From Pseudomonadota bacterium (GTDB lineage: Bacteria > Pseudomonadota > Alphaproteobacteria > Caulobacterales > Parvularculaceae): 64,000 bases of DNA. Location of the stretch: contig JBCBSQ010000010.1 of the NCBI GenBank assembly GCA_039819085.1, positions 37,038-101,037 on the forward strand, in the 5' to 3' direction. This document shows positions 9,883 to 21,182 of the stretch, piece after piece. The stretch's first letter is position 1. Every line of letters begins with the position of its first letter. The position numbers and the translations under genes were made by a program. A model generated the notes under the pieces. That model was not told where the DNA came from. It worked only from the letters and a program-made list of their open reading frames with translations, and searched no databases.

Positions 9883-11064
9883 GTGGCGGGGCGGAAAACC
9901 AAGAGACGGCGGCAACTGCACAAGCGGTTGAACCTGATCCGCTTTGCGTTCGGGTTTCGCGATCACGCGTATTTCAAGCCAAAAGACAGCCGCACCGGGA
10001 TCGACCTCGCGCACGGTAATTTCGCGACGGCGTTCAAGGATGCGATCTGGCGGGCCTGGACGCGCGAAGAGCTGTTGAAGGCCTTCGGCGGGGCCGGCGA
10101 CGGGATCAAGTACGATCCCCCCGCCGACGCGACCGTCGACAGGTGGTTGCGCGGCGAAACTGATCCTGGTGCGGATCAATATCCGGGAATCGCCCATGCG
10201 CTGAACTGGATGCTGTCGCATGCGCGAACGTCGCCTGGCTATCTGAAATCAAAGGGCGTCGCCGATGAACCGCTCATCGCCGCGAAGTTCTCATTCGACG
10301 CGGCGAGCGTCGACCCGCGCACTACGTCCGATCGCGAGCTTGCTGAAGACATGGGCTTTGACATCGGCGTTTTCGACGAATGGTGGGATCACGCCGGCGC
10401 CTCGAACCAGGCCTCGAAGCTCAGTCAGGTGGAATCCCGTCTTGTCGGGTTTTACCACTCTTACCGTCTCCATGCGGAGAAAGACGGCGGACTTCAGCAG
10501 GACGTTATTCTCATCAAGGAGAATGACGCAAGGGATGGGCTCCGCGCATTGATGGTCGGCAATAGCGAGCCGCCGTGGCGGGGTGATCTCGTCGTCGGCC
10601 GCAATACGGCGTCGTCCATGTTGATCCGCTCGAATATGTATATCGGCACCCAGGTGAACACCATCTCGCTTGCGCATGTCGAAAAGGCGCCGGGGCTCCT
10701 CTTCGGGTTTCGGTCGCGGATTATCGAAGAGTCGAGCAACTATATCGCCGCCTACCGCATGTTGCTCGTGAGGGCGGAAGAGCCGCGATACCAGGCGTAT
10801 CTGGACGAGGACATCGACGACATAGAGGAAGCCGATGACGGGCGTTTGCTCCGTGAGCTGAGTGGAATGGCGAGGCCAATTGACCTCGCTGCGGAGAGCG
10901 TCAACGAAGAGACCAAGCTCATCGCCGACATTCTGCGCGAGCCGCCGCGCCGCGAAATTGCCGACGTTGAATATGACGACCGCGCATCGCACAATATCTT
11001 TGGGCTGACGCGGCAGGTGCAGGAACTGGCGCGTCGCCGCGCGGCCCGGGTGGTCGCGGCGTGA
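9883..11064 (+). CDS. hypothetical protein, possible N-terminal HTH
   Basis: 393-aa ORF with a GTG start. The segment ATVDRWLRGETDPG resembles the recognition-helix region of XRE-type HTH domains. The remainder matches nothing I recognise. The stop overlaps the next gene's start. Confidence 0.55.
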   Translation: MAGRKTKRRRQLHKRLNLIRFAFGFRDHAYFKPKDSRTGIDLAHGNFATAFKDAIWRAWTREELLKAFGGAGDGIKYDPPADATVDRWLRGETDPGADQYPGIAHALNWMLSHARTSPGYLKSKGVADEPLIAAKFSFDAASVDPRTTSDRELAEDMGFDIGVFDEWWDHAGASNQASKLSQVESRLVGFYHSYRLHAEKDGGLQQDVILIKENDARDGLRALMVGNSEPPWRGDLVVGRNTASSMLIRSNMYIGTQVNTISLAHVEKAPGLLFGFRSRIIEESSNYIAAYRMLLVRAEEPRYQAYLDEDIDDIEEADDGRLLRELSGMARPIDLAAESVNEETKLIADILREPPRREIADVEYDDRASHNIFGLTRQVQELARRRAARVVAA

Positions 11065-11846
11065 GGCGGGACGCCTGGAGCGCGGGCGTAGTCTCTTGCG
11101 TGTTCGCCCTCCTCGTTGTCGCCCTCCTCGCGGTCGGCGTCATCGACGCCCGCGCAGCGGCTGGCGACGACGCAATCTGCCGGCCCGTCTCGCATCGCGG
11201 CGCGCCTTATGTGGTGTGCGAAGTAGATCCCTCCCGGCATGCGGTAAAGCTCTTTCTGAACGATGAGAATGGCTCGCCGCTCGGGCATTTCAGCGCGCTT
11301 GACGATCGCGTTCGCACGGGCGGGGACCGCCTCGTGATGGCGATGAATGGCGGCATGTATCATCGCGACAGATCTCCCGTTGGCCATTATGTGGAAGACG
11401 GAGAAACACGTCTCGGCGTCAATCTGCGGGAAGGGCCCGGCAACTTCCACATGCTCCCGAATGGCGTCTTTTTCGTGACGGAGAGGGGCGCCGGCGTTCT
11501 CGAAAGCGCCGCCTATGACGCCGCCGAACTTGATGTTCTGTACGCGACGCAGTCCGGTCCGATGCTCGTTATTGACGGCGCGCTGCACCCGCGATTTCTG
11601 CCGGACTCTGACAGTTTGAAGCGCCGCAATGGCGTCGGCGCGCGTGAGGACGGCGCGCTAGTATTTGCGGTTTCAGACGCGCCAGTGCGGTTTCACGATT
11701 TCGCGACGCTCTTCCGCGATCGCCTGAACGCGCCGAACGCGCTTTATCTCGATGGAACGATCTCGCGGTTGCATGCGCCTGGCCTTGGCCGCAGCGACCC
11801 CGGCGTCGCCATGGGGCCGATCATCGGCGTTGTCGCCGCCGAATAG
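11061..11846 (+). CDS. phosphodiester glycosidase family protein (DUF2233-like)
   Basis: The GTG start overlaps the upstream stop (GTGA). There is an N-terminal TM segment (VVSCVFALLVVALLAVGVI). The motifs AMNGGMY, PNGVFFV, QSGPMLV and RNGVG are typical of DUF2233/NAGPA-type proteins. Confidence 0.65.
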   Translation: MRRDAWSAGVVSCVFALLVVALLAVGVIDARAAAGDDAICRPVSHRGAPYVVCEVDPSRHAVKLFLNDENGSPLGHFSALDDRVRTGGDRLVMAMNGGMYHRDRSPVGHYVEDGETRLGVNLREGPGNFHMLPNGVFFVTERGAGVLESAAYDAAELDVLYATQSGPMLVIDGALHPRFLPDSDSLKRRNGVGAREDGALVFAVSDAPVRFHDFATLFRDRLNAPNALYLDGTISRLHAPGLGRSDPGVAMGPIIGVVAAE

Positions 11847-11864
11847 GCCGCGCCGTGAGCCCGT

Positions 11865-12689
11865 TCAATCAAGCTTGAAGACGCGCTTTGCGTTGCCGGA
11901 GAGGAATAGGCTTTGCGCTTCTTCGTCAAGCTTAAGGTCCGGCAGCGCCTTCAGGCACCTCGCCGGCGCGAGCATCGGCCAGTTGGAGCCGAACATCACG
12001 CGCGTGCGGCCTTCTTCTTTCAGGAATCTGACGAAATCCGGCGTCAGGCGATGCAGGACATAAGCGGACGTGTCCACATAAAAGTTCGGAAACTTGTGGG
12101 CGACCGAGACGACTTCATCGACCCAGGGAATGCCCACATGGCCGCCGACCACGACCAGCTCCGGAAAGTCAAGCAGCACGTCTTCAAGGTAGGGAATTAG
12201 CCGTCCGGGTTCGGAGCGTCGCAAGGGGCCAGTGTGTCCTACTTGCGTGCAGAACGGAACGCCCGCGTCAATGCATGCCGCATAAACGGGATAAAATCGC
12301 CGGTCGTTCGGCGGCAGATCCCAGAGCCAGGGCAGGGCGCGCACGCCGATGAAGCCGTCATTCGTCCGCCGCCGGATTTCCCTGACCGCGCCCATCGGGT
12401 CTTTCAGGTCAACGCTCAAGACCCCCCGAAACCGGTCCGGCGCCGCGGCGACGTGGCCCGCCACATCGTCGTTCGAAATCAGCGCCCCCGTCGGCCCGGT
12501 CCAGGCGGAGATGATGGTGATCTCAACTCCCGCTTCGTCCATGGCGGCGAGGGTCGCGTCGCGATCAGGCGGCGGCGCGTCATCTGCCTGCCGGTTCCAC
12601 CGATTGAGGCTCGCCATCCAGGGCGCCGCCGCCATTTCAGGCGTCGGGATCTGCGCCCAGGCGTCGATGATCGGGGTCGAGGCGGACAT
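11865..12689 (-). CDS. amidohydrolase-2 family metal-dependent hydrolase
   Basis: 274-aa ORF with TIM-barrel amidohydrolase-like segments (IDAWAQI, GFIGVRALPW, VVGGHVGIPW, FYVDTSAY, VMFGSNWP). Confidence 0.8.
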   Translation of the reverse strand: MSASTPIIDAWAQIPTPEMAAAPWMASLNRWNRQADDAPPPDRDATLAAMDEAGVEITIISAWTGPTGALISNDDVAGHVAAAPDRFRGVLSVDLKDPMGAVREIRRRTNDGFIGVRALPWLWDLPPNDRRFYPVYAACIDAGVPFCTQVGHTGPLRRSEPGRLIPYLEDVLLDFPELVVVGGHVGIPWVDEVVSVAHKFPNFYVDTSAYVLHRLTPDFVRFLKEEGRTRVMFGSNWPMLAPARCLKALPDLKLDEEAQSLFLSGNAKRVFKLD

Positions 12690-12766
12690 CGGGTAGCTCC
12701 GTCTAGGGTTCGACTTATCCTATCCCAAACGCCCGCGCGCGTCCCCGGCGAAGCGCAGCGCGCTTG

Positions 12767-13633
12767 CTACGCTTCGCCGATTTTGTCCTGGGTGCGCGTC
12801 TCAAAATCCGCGGCGCTATGGCGCTCGCGGAGCTGCGCCGACGGATCGCCCCAGGACCTGTTGACCATGCGCCCGCGCTTCGCCGCCGGCCGCGCCGCGA
12901 TCTGGTCGGCCCAGCGCACGACGTTCTTGTATTCGGCGACTTGAAGGAATTCCGCCGCGTCGTACAGGACCCCTTTGACGAGCCCGCCATACCACGGCCA
13001 CACGGCGATATCCGCAATCGTATAGTCCGCGCCCGCCAGGTATTCGCTCTCGGCGAGCCGCCGGTCGAGGACGTCGAGCTGGCGTTTCACCTCCATGGTG
13101 AAGCGATTAATGGGGTATTCAAACTTTTCCGGCGCGTAGGCGTAAAAGTGCCCGAAGCCGCCGCCGAGATAGGGCGCTGAGCCCATCTGCCAGAAGAGCC
13201 AGTTGAACGTTTCCGTCCGCGCCGGGCCGGACGCAGGCAGGAAGGCGCCAAACTTCTCCGCCAGGTGAAGAAGGATTGAGGCGGATTCAAAAACGTGGAG
13301 CGGTTCTGGGCCGGACCGATCGAGAAGCGCCGGGATCTTGGAGTTCGGGTTGATATCGACAAAGCCCGACCCGAACTGATCCCCCTCCTGAATATTGATG
13401 AGCCAGGCGTCATACTCCGCCCCGGCGTGGCCCGCCTCCAGGAGCTCTTCGAACATCACCGTCGCTTTGACGCCGTTCGGCGTCGCGAGCGAATAAAGCT
13501 GAAACGGGTGTTCGCCGACCGGCAGCTCCCTGTCATGGGTCGCGCCTGAGATCGGCCGATTGATCGAGGCGAACTTGCCGCCGCTTTCGGCGTCCCATGT
13601 CCAGACTTTCGGCGGTTCGTAGGCGTCGGCCAT
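12767..13633 (-). CDS. yghU: Nu-class glutathione S-transferase (YghU-like)
   Basis: 288 aa. The N-terminus (PPKVWTWDAESGGKFASINRPISGATHDRELPVGEHPFQLYSLATPNGVK) is very characteristic of YghU-type GSTs. Confidence 0.85.
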   Translation of the reverse strand: MADAYEPPKVWTWDAESGGKFASINRPISGATHDRELPVGEHPFQLYSLATPNGVKATVMFEELLEAGHAGAEYDAWLINIQEGDQFGSGFVDINPNSKIPALLDRSGPEPLHVFESASILLHLAEKFGAFLPASGPARTETFNWLFWQMGSAPYLGGGFGHFYAYAPEKFEYPINRFTMEVKRQLDVLDRRLAESEYLAGADYTIADIAVWPWYGGLVKGVLYDAAEFLQVAEYKNVVRWADQIAARPAAKRGRMVNRSWGDPSAQLRERHSAADFETRTQDKIGEA

Positions 13634-13821
13634 TTGCGCATCCCTTCCGTGGCTGTCTCGCAGTGAAGCGGAACATAGGCGTCAGAGGCGGGAATAACAC
13701 TCACCTCTGCGCGAGCGCCTCGGGACGGCGACCGCGCGAAAAGTGGTCAGGTGATCGGAAGCCCCTATCGATCCCGCGGCGACTTGCCCGCGACGCGATC
13801 GATTGATATCACTGCGACACG

Positions 13822-13966
13822 ACCGAGGGGCGCCGGCGGACCGGCTGAGATCGCGTTCCTACCGCTGCGACGCAGCGCCTGGGACCACGACGCGAGCACC
13901 CTTTGAACCTGATCCGGTTAGCGCCGGCGTAGGGACGGGACGCGATGGAGCCGCTTGCGCTCCATC
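13822..13966 (+). promoter_or_regulatory. TPP riboswitch (THI element) with expression-platform hairpin
   Basis: GGGGCG lies at 13827-13832, a P3-like CCGGcggaCCGG follows, and CTGAGA lies at 13845-13850. Next come a variable insert, then ACCCTTTGAACCTGATCCGGttagcGCCGGCGTAGGGAC (13898-13936). A hairpin follows: GATGGAGC (13944-13951) paired with GCTCCATC (13959-13966). Its 3' arm is complementary to the AGGAGC Shine-Dalgarno at 14003-14008. Confidence 0.8.
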
Positions 13967-14016
13967 GACGGAAATCCTTCGCCGGGCGCGCCAAGAGGAC
14001 ATAGGAGCGCCGAGCG

Positions 14017-14493
14017 ATGCCTTGCAAAACAACTAACCGAGTTGCGTCCGCCTTTGTCGCGGCGGCCCTTGCCGCTGGCGTCACGTCATCCGCATCCGCC
14101 GCCGACCGAGAAGTCATCGTGCCGGACGCGTGGAAGAGGTCCTATGAGGATCTGCACTACGCGCCGGCCGTGCGGGCGGGCGACTTACTCATTCTGTCCG
14201 GCGTCGTCGCGGGCCTTGGTCCTGACCCGGATGATACCGACGCCGCGGCTGGGTACGACCGCGCGTTCAAGGCGATCGGCCAAATCCTGAAGGAGGCGGG
14301 CGCCGATTGGGACGACGTCGTCGAGATCCAGACCTTCCATACGGATCTGCCGGCCCAGATCGCGGAGTTCGGCGCAGTCAAAGACCGCTACATCAAGGAG
14401 CCATACCCCGCCTGGACGGCGATCGACATTGATCGTCTCTACCCGGATCGCGGCCTCGTTGAGATCAAGATCACCGCATATACGGGCGATTGA
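14017..14493 (+). CDS. RidA/YjgF-family protein with signal peptide
   Basis: 158 aa with an AGGAG SD 9 nt upstream. The signal-like N-terminus is RVASAFVAAALAAGVTSSASAAD. The body (AVRAGDLLILSGVVA ... VEIQTFHTD ... PAWTAIDIDRL ... VEIKITAY) matches the endoribonuclease L-PSP/RidA fold pattern. Confidence 0.75.
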   Translation: MPCKTTNRVASAFVAAALAAGVTSSASAADREVIVPDAWKRSYEDLHYAPAVRAGDLLILSGVVAGLGPDPDDTDAAAGYDRAFKAIGQILKEAGADWDDVVEIQTFHTDLPAQIAEFGAVKDRYIKEPYPAWTAIDIDRLYPDRGLVEIKITAYTGD

Positions 14494-14525
14494 TCGCCGC
14501 TTTATTCATCCGGTTTCAACAATAA

Positions 14526-17001
<2,476 letters not shown>

Positions 17002-17002
17002 A

Positions 17003-17050
17003 CCCCCTCCGTCTCGCTTCGCTCGACACCTCCCCCGTGAACGGGGGAGG
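17003..17050 (+). repeat. REP-like element copy A
   Basis: The flank ccccctccgtctcgcttcgctcgacac precedes the hairpin cctccccc-gtgaac-gggggagg. It has the same layout as copy C. Confidence 0.75.
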
Positions 17051-17133
17051 AACGACGCCGTGCAAGATAGTGACGCGTAGGCGCCATATAGTCTTTCCTG
17101 ACAGTAACTCCCGAGCCTGACGGTTCGCGCCTT

Positions 17134-17181
17134 CTTCCCCCATTCATGGGGGAAGTCCCGAGCGGCGCGAGGGGATGGGGG
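17134..17181 (-). repeat. REP-like element copy B (inverted orientation)
   Basis: The hairpin cttccccc-attcat-gggggaag precedes the flank gtcccgagcggcgcgaggggatggggg. The loop is the reverse complement of the atgaat loop in copies C and D. It abuts the DUF559 stop codon. Confidence 0.75.
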
Positions 17182-17182
17182 T

Positions 17183-17572
17183 CTACTGACTGTCAGCCTC
17201 GCCCCGGCTTTTCAATTCGGCCACGCGCATCCGCGCCTCGTAGAGGATCGTCTCCAGAACGCCGTCCAAGTTCTCGAACGCCTCATGGTTCCAGAACCGC
17301 AGCACGCGCCAACCCTGTTCCTCCAGAAATGCATCGCGGCGGGCGTCTCGCGCCGGCGCATCGTCGCGGCCGTGCTGGTCGCCGTCGAGTTCGACGATAA
17401 GCCGCGCCTCGACGCAGGCGAAGTCGGCGATGTAAGGCCCGACCGTATGCTGACGACGGAAGCGGAAGCCGCCGAGCTGTCTGTTCCGCAGCTTCGCCCA
17501 GAGCCTTCGTTCCGCTGGCGGCATGTCCTTGCGGAGCGCTTTCGCGTTTGGGTGCGGTTTGCGAAGGGGCAT
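17183..17572 (-). CDS. DUF559 endonuclease-like domain protein
   Basis: Track ORF is 17183..17620, and I prefer ATG 17572 (MPLRKPHPNAK). The pattern ERRLWAKLRNRQLGGFRFRRQHTVGPYIADFACVEARLIVELDGDQH ... GWRVLRFWN is the classic DUF559 pattern. Confidence 0.85.
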   Translation of the reverse strand: MPLRKPHPNAKALRKDMPPAERRLWAKLRNRQLGGFRFRRQHTVGPYIADFACVEARLIVELDGDQHGRDDAPARDARRDAFLEEQGWRVLRFWNHEAFENLDGVLETILYEARMRVAELKSRGEADSQ

Positions 17573-17602
17573 CGAATTCAGAATTCTTGACGCCCGTCCA
17601 AT

Positions 17603-17669
17603 CGTCAATTGGGGCCCCACCCGTCAATTGGGGCCCCACCCGTCAATTGGGGCCCCAACCCCAATTGAC
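17603..17669. repeat. 3 x 19-bp tandem repeat ending in an 11-bp-stem hairpin
   Basis: cgtcaattggggccccacc occurs at 17603-17621 and 17622-17640, and at 17641-17659 with 1 mismatch. gtcaattgggg (17642-17652) pairs with ccccaattgac (17659-17669). Confidence 0.9.
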
Positions 17670-17670
17670 C

Positions 17671-17717
17671 CCCCTCAGTCTCGCTACGCGAGACAGCTCC
17701 CCCATGAATGGGGGAGC
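17671..17717 (+). repeat. REP-like element copy C
   Basis: The flank cccctcagtctcgctacgcgagaca precedes the hairpin gctccccc-atgaat-gggggagc (17696-17717). Confidence 0.75.
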
Positions 17718-17805
17718 GCTTTTCTTTTCCCTTTTGGGCGCATTGAACGGGTCATCTGCGAAGCCCGTCATCACGTACCCACCCCATCAACAAAGGAGCC
17801 GCGCC

Positions 17806-18393
17806 ATGATCTCTTCCACCACCAAACTCATCCTCTCCGCGCTCGCCCTCGGCGTCGCGGCGCTGGCGGCGGCCGAAGAAGGCGCGCCCGCGTCGGAAAC
17901 GCACGCCGTCGAGAGCGCGCATGACTTCACGCTGACGGCGATCGACGGCGCGCCGATGCCGCTCAAAGGGTTCGCCGGCAAGACGCTGCTGGTGGTGAAC
18001 ACGGCGAGCCTTTGCGGCTACACGGATCAATATGGCGGGCTGCAGGCGCTTTATGCGACCTATCAGGACCGGGGGCTCGTCGTCATCGGCGTCCCGTCGA
18101 ATGACTTTGGCGGGCAGGAGCCGGGCAAGGCGGGCGAGATCAAGGACTTCTGCGAAACGAACTTCAATGTGCGCTTTCCCCTGGCCGACAAAACCGTCGT
18201 CCGGGGCGAGGGCGCGCATCCGTTCTACGCCTGGGCGCGCGAGACGCTGGGGCCCGACAACGCCCCGAAATGGAATTTCCATAAATATCTTGTGGGGCCG
18301 GACGGCGCGCTTCTCGCCGGGTTTCCATCCTCTGTGGAGCCGACGTCGGCGCGCCTGAAGGACGCGATTGAGAGGGCGCTGCCGGGCGCGTGA
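17806..18393 (+). CDS. glutathione peroxidase (Cys type), secreted
   Basis: Track ORF 17548..18393 is over-extended across the repeats. ATG 17806 is preceded by AAAGGAG. Motifs: LLVVNTASLCGYT, LVVIGVPSNDFGGQEPG, WNFHKYLV. Confidence 0.92.
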   Translation: MISSTTKLILSALALGVAALAAAEEGAPASETHAVESAHDFTLTAIDGAPMPLKGFAGKTLLVVNTASLCGYTDQYGGLQALYATYQDRGLVVIGVPSNDFGGQEPGKAGEIKDFCETNFNVRFPLADKTVVRGEGAHPFYAWARETLGPDNAPKWNFHKYLVGPDGALLAGFPSSVEPTSARLKDAIERALPGA

Positions 18394-18396
18394 CGC

Positions 18397-19110
18397 CTAA
18401 AGATTGGTCCCGACAATCGCGAGGCCCAAGACCAGCAACAAGCCATAGACCGCTTTCGACAGCGCCTTGACGGGAAGGCGCCCGGCGATCCGTTTGCCGA
18501 TGATTGTCGCGGCGAGGATGCCGGGGACGCTCAAGGCGAAGATCGTCAGGATCTCCTGCGTCCAGAGGCCGGACAGCCCGTGGCCGACGACAATCATCAG
18601 ATACGTCGGGGTAAAGAACGCCTGCGTCACCGCGACGAACTTCTCGTGCGGCCAGGAGCGCATCGCGGAATAGACGACGACCGGCGGGCCGCTGGTGTTG
18701 TAGGCGCCGCCGAGGACGCCCCCGACGAACCCGAAGCCATAGCGCCAGAGCCCGCTTTTCAGTTGCGGCGGCCTTGGGCTGAGGAGCGCATAGACGGCGA
18801 AGGCGGCAATCGTCCCCCCAAGGATCAACAAAACGATCTGCTGCGGCGCGCGGGCGAGCAGCAGGATCCCGAACGGGATCCCGACGAGCGCCGACCCGAT
18901 AAGGCCGATCGCCTCGGCGAAATGCACGTCCTTGCGGTTCTGATAGAGCATGATCGCGGACAGCGTGAAGGCTGAGAGCGCGACGAGGGCGGAGGCGTCC
19001 TTCACGTCCATCAGGAGCGCGAGGATCGGCATCGCGGTGAGCGCGAAGCCGAAGCCGACTGCGCCTTGGACAAGCGCGGCGATGGAAATCAGAAAGGCGG
19101 CGAGGAGCAT
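18397..19110 (-). CDS. TauE/SafE-family sulfite/anion exporter
   Basis: 237 aa with about 7 hydrophobic helices. The family-typical Gly-rich segment GFVGGVLGGAYNTSGPPVV is present. Confidence 0.8.
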   Translation of the reverse strand: MLLAAFLISIAALVQGAVGFGFALTAMPILALLMDVKDASALVALSAFTLSAIMLYQNRKDVHFAEAIGLIGSALVGIPFGILLLARAPQQIVLLILGGTIAAFAVYALLSPRPPQLKSGLWRYGFGFVGGVLGGAYNTSGPPVVVYSAMRSWPHEKFVAVTQAFFTPTYLMIVVGHGLSGLWTQEILTIFALSVPGILAATIIGKRIAGRLPVKALSKAVYGLLLVLGLAIVGTNL

Positions 19111-19315
19111 GAGGTCTCGTTGACGGGCGTGTGTGGAAAGGCGAAAGGGAGCGTCTTTTCTATGCCCGCAGCTGGAGAATAAGGGAATGGCTGATGCGGA
19201 GCGGTCTCGGCATCGTGAGGGATCCTGATGCGGTTTTGTCGATCGGGTTTCGTTCTAGAGGCGCGGCGGTCTTCTGGACGCGCTAGTTAAAACGCGCCAC
19301 GGAAAAGAGGAAAGA

Positions 19316-20527
19316 ATGACGACACGCGAATTTGACATCATTGTCTGGGGCGCCACCGGTTTCACCGGGCGGCTCGTGACGGAGTATCTGGCGGGTGAAT
19401 ATGGGGTCGGCGGCGAGCTTAAATGGGCCGTCGCCGGACGAAGCCCGGAGAAACTCGCCGCTGTGATGGCGGAGGTCGGCGCGACCGAGGCGCCGCGGGT
19501 CATTGCGGATGCCGGCGATCCGGCGAGCCTTGACGAGATGGCGCGCCGCGCAAAAGTCGTGCTGACGACCGTTGGTCCCTACCAGAAATATGGCGAGCCG
19601 TTGGTCGCCGCCTGCGCCGCGGCGGGTACGGATTATGTGGATCTGTGCGGCGAGCCGCCCTTTATGCGCCGGATGATCGACGCCTATTCAGACAAGGCGC
19701 TTGAGACAGGCGCGCGCATCGTCCATTCCTGCGGTTTTGATTCCATTCCGTTCGATCTCGGCGTTTACTACGTGCAAAAACTGTACGCCGACGCCTATGG
19801 CGCGCCCGCGCGGGACGTGAAATGCCGTGTTCTCGATATGCGCGGGGGCATGTCCGGCGGCACCGCGGCGAGCGCCGTCGCCACGCTGGAGCTCGCCGAG
19901 GCCGACGCGCAGGTGCGTGATGTGATGCGGGACGTCTACGCGCTTGCGCCGGATCCATCCGCGACGCGTCCGCGTCAGCCGAATGTCCGTACACCGCACT
20001 ATGACGCGGACGCCGGCGTATGGGCCGCGCCGTTCATCATGGCGGACATCAATATGCGGAACGTCCATCGCTCCAACATGCTGATGGAATACGCCTATGG
20101 GCGGGATTTCAGGTATTCCGAGATGATGGCCGCGCCGAACGCGGCTGCGGCCTACGCGATCGCCGGCGGCATGGGCGCCTTCGGGGCGGGGCTCGCCTTC
20201 GCGCCGACGCGCGCGCTTCTCAAGAGCGCCATCCTGCCGAAGCCTGGCGAGGGGCCGTCAAAACGTCAGCGGGAAGCTGGCTACTTCAAGGCGCTTTTCA
20301 TTGCGAAAGGAGAGGGCGGCGCAATGGCGAAAGCGATGGTCACGGGCGACCGCGATCCCGGTTACGGCTCCACGTCGAAAATGATTTCCGAGGCGGCCGC
20401 ATGCCTGGCGCTGGACCTGCCAAAGGGGTCGAACGCAGGCGGCGTCACAACCCCCGCCGCCGCTATGGGAGATGCGCTTATCGAACGCTTGACGGCGCGG
20501 GCGGGTCTGACATTCGGTTCGGCGTGA
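19316..20527 (+). CDS. saccharopine-dehydrogenase-like NAD(P)-binding oxidoreductase
   Basis: 403 aa with a good SD (AGAGGAAAG). The N-terminal Rossmann motif is FDIIVWGATGFTGRLV, followed by VVLTTVGPYQKYG. Confidence 0.8.
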   Translation: MTTREFDIIVWGATGFTGRLVTEYLAGEYGVGGELKWAVAGRSPEKLAAVMAEVGATEAPRVIADAGDPASLDEMARRAKVVLTTVGPYQKYGEPLVAACAAAGTDYVDLCGEPPFMRRMIDAYSDKALETGARIVHSCGFDSIPFDLGVYYVQKLYADAYGAPARDVKCRVLDMRGGMSGGTAASAVATLELAEADAQVRDVMRDVYALAPDPSATRPRQPNVRTPHYDADAGVWAAPFIMADINMRNVHRSNMLMEYAYGRDFRYSEMMAAPNAAAAYAIAGGMGAFGAGLAFAPTRALLKSAILPKPGEGPSKRQREAGYFKALFIAKGEGGAMAKAMVTGDRDPGYGSTSKMISEAAACLALDLPKGSNAGGVTTPAAAMGDALIERLTARAGLTFGSA

Positions 20528-20656
20528 AGGGCGCGCCGCACTTGAGGCGCCGCATGAAGGCCCGCCGCTTCAACGTTGATTGACTTAGTCCCGTGCGAAG
20601 GAAGGCGGTCTATGCTGCATGCTTCAGTGGCGGATTCGTCATCAAGTCGAGGTTTG

Positions 20657-20685
20657 GTGACAAAAGTGCTTGTAAAGTGTAATAT
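20657..20685 (+). promoter_or_regulatory. candidate sigma70-type promoter of cspA
   Basis: GTGACA (20657-20662), a 17-nt spacer and TAATAT (20680-20685). This would give a 5' UTR of about 140 nt, as is usual for cold-shock genes. Confidence 0.35.
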
Positions 20686-20831
20686 CGTCGCATCGAAGAC
20701 ACGTTTTGCTGCTGAACGGCCAAGAACCCTTCCGACGGGCGACGCCTAGCTACGACCAAGACCTGTTGCTCGATACCCAAGGGGGCGCAATCCCGCGCTC
20801 CTGTCGCGCCAAGATCGAAGGAGATCTCCGT

Positions 20832-21035
20832 ATGGCGACCGGTACCGTGAAGTGGTTCAACACCGAAAAAGGCTATGGCTTCATTCAGCCAGACGAAGGC
20901 GGCAAAGACGTGTTCGTGCATGTTTCCGCTGTGCAGCGGGCCGGCCTTCAGTCCCTTAAGGACGGCCAGAAGGTCGAGTATGAAATTGCGACTGAACGCG
21001 GTCGCGAAGCGGCGTCTGACTTGAAAGCGCTGTAG
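20832..21035 (+). CDS. cspA: cold-shock protein
   Basis: Track ORF is 20706..21035. ATG 20832 follows GAAGGAG. The sequence [34 protein letters not shown] contains the RNP1/RNP2 motifs. Confidence 0.95.
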   Translation: MATGTVKWFNTEKGYGFIQPDEGGKDVFVHVSAVQRAGLQSLKDGQKVEYEIATERGREAASDLKAL

Positions 21036-21182
21036 CGCGTCTTGGCCGGCGGCGCCGCGTCGACCGAGCGCCTGAACGCGAAGGTCGCGCCGAGACGGAA
21101 TCGCTGAGCCGGCTGGCGCCCATGACCCTCAAACTGGCGACTTGCTAAATCGCTATTCTAAAACTGGCCACAAAGTGACGAA

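Noticed and set aside
17603-17669. CRISPR array (also considered for 49723-49798)
   Set aside because: The repeats are directly abutting with no spacers, the units are only 19 bp, there are 3-4 copies, and no cas genes occur in the window.
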